From assembly GCA_965215185.1 (NCBI GenBank), contig OZ244034.1:1568001-1632000 (forward strand): a stretch of DNA of 64,000 nt, written 5' to 3'. The notes below the pieces were generated by a model that saw nothing but the letters and a program-made list of their open reading frames with translations, searched no databases and was not told where the DNA came from. This document shows positions 60,070 through 64,000 of the stretch, piece after piece. Numbering within the stretch: the stretch's first letter is position 1; the number at the start of each line of letters is the position of its first letter. The position numbers were made by a program, and so were the translations under genes. Source of the DNA: Acidimicrobiia bacterium (GTDB lineage: Bacteria; Actinomycetota; Acidimicrobiia; Spongiisociales; ZC4RG35).

Positions 60070-60705
60070 TTAGGGGAGGGCTCTGATGATGAACGACGCC
60101 ATTTGCGCCCGGGTGACCGGCGCGTCGGGGCAGTACAGCAAGGGCGGGATCGAGCATCCCCGGGTCACGCCCGTTTGGTAGAGGCCCTCCACTACACCCC
60201 AGTGTTCCCTGGCCACGTCAGAGAACAGTCCCTCTGTGGTGGTGACGGGGTTGATGTGGTCGAACATGCGGGTCAGCCATTCGGCCATTTCCAACCGGGT
60301 GAGCGGGTCGTTGGGACGCCACGCACCGTCACTGCCGGTGTCGACGCCTAGCTGGGCGAACCTCAGTACATAGTTGGTGTACCACACGCCCTCGGCCACA
60401 TCGGCGAAGGTGTTAGAGACTGTGGATTGGGGGTCGGGTTCGCCCACGGCCCGTAGGAGAAACGCGGCCATTTCTGCTCGGGTCACGTGCCCTTCCGGAC
60501 AGTATTTAGGTTGGGGCGTGGTGGCGCATCCCACGGTGATGCCCAGTTGGGCGATCCGGTTGATGTCCGCCTCGTGGGTGTTCCCATCATCGTCGATGAA
60601 CCAGTCCGCAAAGAGCGTTCCGTCAGTGATTTCAACTTCGTAGGCGTCGCTGATGCGGCGCAACACTCGGATGGTGACGTCGTTCCAGGCGAACGAGTCG
60701 CCCTC
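60070..60705 (-). pseudogene. SLH x3 gene 3' part, copy B
   Basis: F.DDDGNTHEADI..LGIT.GC, VTRAEMA, LTRLEMA, VTRAQMASFIIRALP; 5' end replaced by the end repeat. Confidence 0.8.
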
Positions 60706-60792
60706 GTGGCCTGTGGGCCACCACCTCTGACCTGGGACTCGGCAGGGGCTCCACATAGGACTCCACATTCAAACCGGGAGGGCTCCACATTT
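60706..60792 (+). repeat. GGCTCCACAT-repeat element end, copy 7
   Basis: Near-identical to 34324-34410 and 37747-37833. Confidence 0.88.
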
Positions 60793-60868
60793 CAGAGGAG
60801 TTGTCAAAGGAGCGGACTCCCTCGCAACAGGTGTGGCTCGTGTTTGGGTTCTGTGGGTTTGTGTCCGG

Positions 60869-61066
60869 CTACGCCGAACCGGTGCCACCCATCGATGAAG
60901 AACCATACCCAAACACCACTTGCTGTCCCTCAATCATCTTGAGGGTGTTGCGCGCCGCTTGACGAGCTATCTCCAGTTGATGCTGAGCATCGTGAACGGG
61001 GGCCAACTCCCCGTTCTCGAACGCTTCAAGGATTTCCTTATCCTCGGGACTTAATTCATCGCTCAC
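60869..61066 (-). pseudogene. BrnA/CopG-like antitoxin, truncated
   Basis: LSPEDKEILEAFENGEL...AARNTLK; C-terminal RHH part not seen. Confidence 0.6.
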
Positions 61067-61070
61067 GGGA

Positions 61071-61335
61071 CTACCTCCTCCCCTTGCGGCTAGGGATTAT
61101 GGTCTTGAGAAAAATTGTACCGTCAGGTTCTGTCACAAACGGCACGAGATACAGGTAATCGTCAATGTCCACGACATAGATCCATTTGGCCTGGGTAACT
61201 CTCCTGGTTCGGGTAGTTGACCGTATCAACCAAATCGCCCCGGTCTAGGGCGGCGGTCACGTCTTCGAAGGAGATTTCTCGTTGCCTCATGAGTTGTCGG
61301 TTCTTGCTTTCGTTCCAGCTGAGGTAAGTTTCCAT
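61071..61335 (-). pseudogene. BrnT-like toxin, frameshifted
   Basis: WNESKN..L...REISFE...PNQESYPGQ, then IYVVDIDDYLYLVPFV...FLKTIIPSRK. Confidence 0.75.
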
Positions 61336-61409
61336 CGAACTGTCCACTCTCAAGTTTGGTGCTTCGGCAACGCTGACCAGCGGAACTTGGCTGCCTGGTG
61401 GACATAGTA

Positions 61410-61600
61410 GGCCAAGCCGATAGCAGTCCGCCCCAGGACATCCCCTTCGGCACCCCCGCCTGGAAACAGAGCTATGGCCGTCGAAACCCCAGCGAGAAAA
61501 CCATCTCCATGATCAAGAATCAAAGGCGGCCTGACAGCCGGATGGTGCCGATCCTTTGGGCTCGCCGCTCACACCATCGGCGTGCTGGCACTAGCCCATC
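61410..61600 (+). mobile_element. YREK transposase fragment
   Basis: PQDIPFGTPAWKQSYGRRNPSEKTISMIK. Confidence 0.75.
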
Positions 61601-61774
61601 GCGAAAGCCAGAGAGGTGTCCAGCCGAACTTGCCTGTGATCGCCGCAGATCACCCTGCCCCCGACCCCCAGTGTCTGCACAGAAGTCGCCAACCCCGACG
61701 CCACCCGACCCTCGCCTCGGGCCAGCGCTCAATTGCTCTGCGAGACAGCACCGATACAGCGGTACACTCGAAGC

Positions 61775-62188
61775 ATGGGTGTCACAGCAGCCCCGCCGCA
61801 ACTCCTAGCATTTATAGAAGATCGTCTGCCTCAAATCCAAGAAGCGTGCAGGCGATACCACGTTAAGCACCTGTACCTATATGGATCCGCTGTGACAGGT
61901 GAATACCATCGGGATTCCGACTTTGACTTCATGGTAGATTTCCTGCCCGAAGCCAGACATCGATTCGACGGCCACCCGCGACACTACCTTTTCGGCAAAT
62001 CCAATGGGTCGCCGTACCCGGCGAACTACCGGGCCTTGACCTCTGCCCTTGAGGAACTACTCACCGAGAACCCCGACCGCCCAGGCCATCGACCCCTTGT
62101 TGACATCGGCACCTACAACTGCATTGACAACCCGTATTTCAAGGAAGCAGTCGACTCTCAGAAGATAGCGCTTTATGTCCGACCATGA
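61775..62188 (+). CDS. MNT (MntA-like) antitoxin
   Basis: CRRYHVKHLYLYGSAVTGEYHRDSDFDF; NPYFKE.V. Confidence 0.85.
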   Translation: MGVTAAPPQLLAFIEDRLPQIQEACRRYHVKHLYLYGSAVTGEYHRDSDFDFMVDFLPEARHRFDGHPRHYLFGKSNGSPYPANYRALTSALEELLTENPDRPGHRPLVDIGTYNCIDNPYFKEAVDSQKIALYVRP

Positions 62189-62537
62189 CACCCTAGCGCT
62201 CCTGGCAGTGATCAAAACCAGAACGCAACGCGCGTTGAGCATCGTTCAACAAATGAACCTAGGCGACTTCCTAGCTGATTCCGACGCGCAGGATGTCGCC
62301 TTCGCGTGTGTCAGCGACATAGGTGAAGCCCTAAATCACATGAAAAGAACGCACCCGTTCCACGCTGAACAGATATCGGACTTGCAGGACATCATAAATT
62401 CGCGCAATGAAATGTCCCACGGGCTGTTCAGCAGAGACTACGAACGCTTCTGGTACGACCTGGTAGACGGTTTGCCTCTTCTACACAAAGAAGCGCAGGA
62501 CCTGCTTGATAGCATCACCGCCAATCGTCAGATGTAA
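62175..62537 (+). CDS. HEPN (DUF86, HepT-like) toxin
   Basis: IGEAL, RNEMSH (RX4H), W......LP.L. Confidence 0.85.
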   Translation: MSDHDTLALLAVIKTRTQRALSIVQQMNLGDFLADSDAQDVAFACVSDIGEALNHMKRTHPFHAEQISDLQDIINSRNEMSHGLFSRDYERFWYDLVDGLPLLHKEAQDLLDSITANRQM

Positions 62538-62615
62538 GAGAGTTCAACACTAATCGTCCAGGGTGTGCAACAGACAGATGGGCGCGGGAACGCCCATCCA
62601 GCCAGCAAGGGCCTC

Positions 62616-63069
62616 CTAGTTGAGGGCTCGGATGATGAACGACGCTATTTGCGCTCGGGTGACCGCCTCGTCCGGGCAGTACAGGAGCGGTGTGGTGCTG
62701 CATCCCCGGGTCACGCCCGTCTGATATAGGCCTTCCACCACCCTCCAGTCATCCTCGTTCACGTCAGAGAACAGTCCCTCCGGGGCGGTGACGGGGGGTG
62801 ATGTGGTCGAACATGCGGGTCAGCCATTCGGCCATTTCCAACCGGGTGAGCGGGTCGTCCGGGCGCCACGCACCACCAGCGCCGGTGTCTACGCATAGTT
62901 GGGCGAACTGCATCACATAGTTGGTGTACCACACGCCCTCCGCAACGTCCGTGGAGGTGTTAGAGACGTTGGGTTGGGGTGTGGTGGCGCATCCCCGGGT
63001 GATGCCCAAAGTGGCGATGCGGTCAATGTCCGCCTCGTGGCTGTACCCGTCGTCGGTGAAGTGGTCCAC
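62616..63069 (-). pseudogene. SLH x3 gene 3' part, copy C (internal deletion)
   Basis: Colinear with 60070-60600; HEADIDRIA.LGITRGC, LTRLEMAEWL, RAQIASFIIRALN. Confidence 0.8.
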
Positions 63070-63081
63070 GGCGGGGGTCCC

Positions 63082-64000
63082 GGTCGCCGAGGCCGTGTGT
63101 GTGGTCGGGCAACCCCAACCAGGTCGCCATCAAACCGGCCCCACCGGGATACATTCTCGCTCTCCATGTCGCTCCGGGAGCAACCAATCCCGGACCCATC
63201 GGACTGGAACTCGCCCTCCAATCTCTCGAGATCGCACCAAACATCGGCGATTATGTCCTAGACCGTGCCTACAGCAACAAACGACAGTCGTTCGTCAGGC
63301 CCCTCCACCAAATGGGAAAGAACGTGACCATGGACTACACGATTACCGAGATCAACAACCCCAAGTTCATCAAGGTCGGAACAAACGGCCAACGACTCCT
63401 CAACTCGACAGGAACCCTCCTGCCGCCGGGACTGCCCGAATACAGGCAAATCCCACCCGAAAACGCCAAACCCGAAAAGACGAGCAAGTGGCACGTCAAC
63501 CGTGCGCCGTGGCGGTGGACACGAAACCGCAAACTCGACAACGGCGGCGGACGTCGCAACCCCGTCGAGAAAACCTTTTCCATGATCAAGGACAAAGGCG
63601 GCCTGAAAGCCGGATGGTGCCGCTCCTTCGGTCTCGCCGCACACACCATGGGCGTGTTGGCGCTAGCCATCGCCCACAACCTCAAAGAAACCATCGGGAT
63701 CGAAAGAACCCAAACCCAAAAGTCCGCGCCTCCGGCCAGGCCCAAGAGTCACCAGCCGACTCGCAGGAACATCAGCACCGACAGTCTCACCCCGAGGGCG
63801 CCGCCCGACTAGGCACACAGCCCGCACCCGGCGCCGACAGTAACCCTTACTGTCGGCTTTAGCGCGCCCGGACAACCCAAACCGGCACCCCAAACCTCCC
63901 AACGCACACAGAACCCCTCACAGCACGCCGACAGGCACAAGAAATGCCCGAAAACAGGCACAAATTGGAGAAAAACGACCTAACTGGCCCACTTATTTTG
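63082..64000 (+). mobile_element. YREK-type transposase remnant plus non-coding tail running off the window
   Basis: YVLDRAY, RRNPVEKTFSMIK, GWCRSFGL, PPD stop 63812; tail colinear with 37530-37720. Confidence 0.85.

Noticed and set aside
22620-60792. GGCTCCACAT repeats as a CRISPR array or integron attC sites
   Set aside because: Copies are 0.7-23 kb apart with no regular spacers, no cas genes, no attC-like palindrome with GTT/AAC ends and no IntI-type integrase.

Overview
High-GC actinobacterial DNA. The hut/IclR layout, many SLH, FN3 and LRR surface proteins and actinobacterial IS types suggest Acidimicrobiia, possibly a host- or sponge-associated lineage (inference only). 1-22 kb is a mostly intact metabolic region: CoA-transferase beta subunit, GntR/DUF1648 pair, ald, secreted HNH nuclease, class-V aminotransferase, a DacB-LRR-SLH fusion, a Ser/Thr dehydratase-like enzyme, a hut cluster with a peptide deformylase where a formylglutamate hydrolase is expected, and nagB. 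22-64 kb is an eroded accessory region with a degenerate tRNA-Met, two tyrosine integrase remnants, nested IS3/IS256/IS110/IS1182/IS30 pieces and about a dozen toxin-antitoxin modules or fragments. These are interleaved with co-oriented pieces of one YREK-type transposase, its GGCTCCACAT-repeat end and an SLH gene. The most novel candidate is the minus-strand cluster at 46.5-52.6 kb: MauE-like, MauD-like, an unknown protein, a Tat-exported 14-Cys mini-protein, an SLH-(G4S)n-FN3 surface protein and a MauF/CcdA-like membrane protein. The last has an in-frame TGA at the S-P-C-G cysteine position followed by a SECIS-like hairpin, so it is a probable selenoprotein. All family calls come from motif recognition by eye; no database searches were run, and some frameshifts could be sequencing errors.
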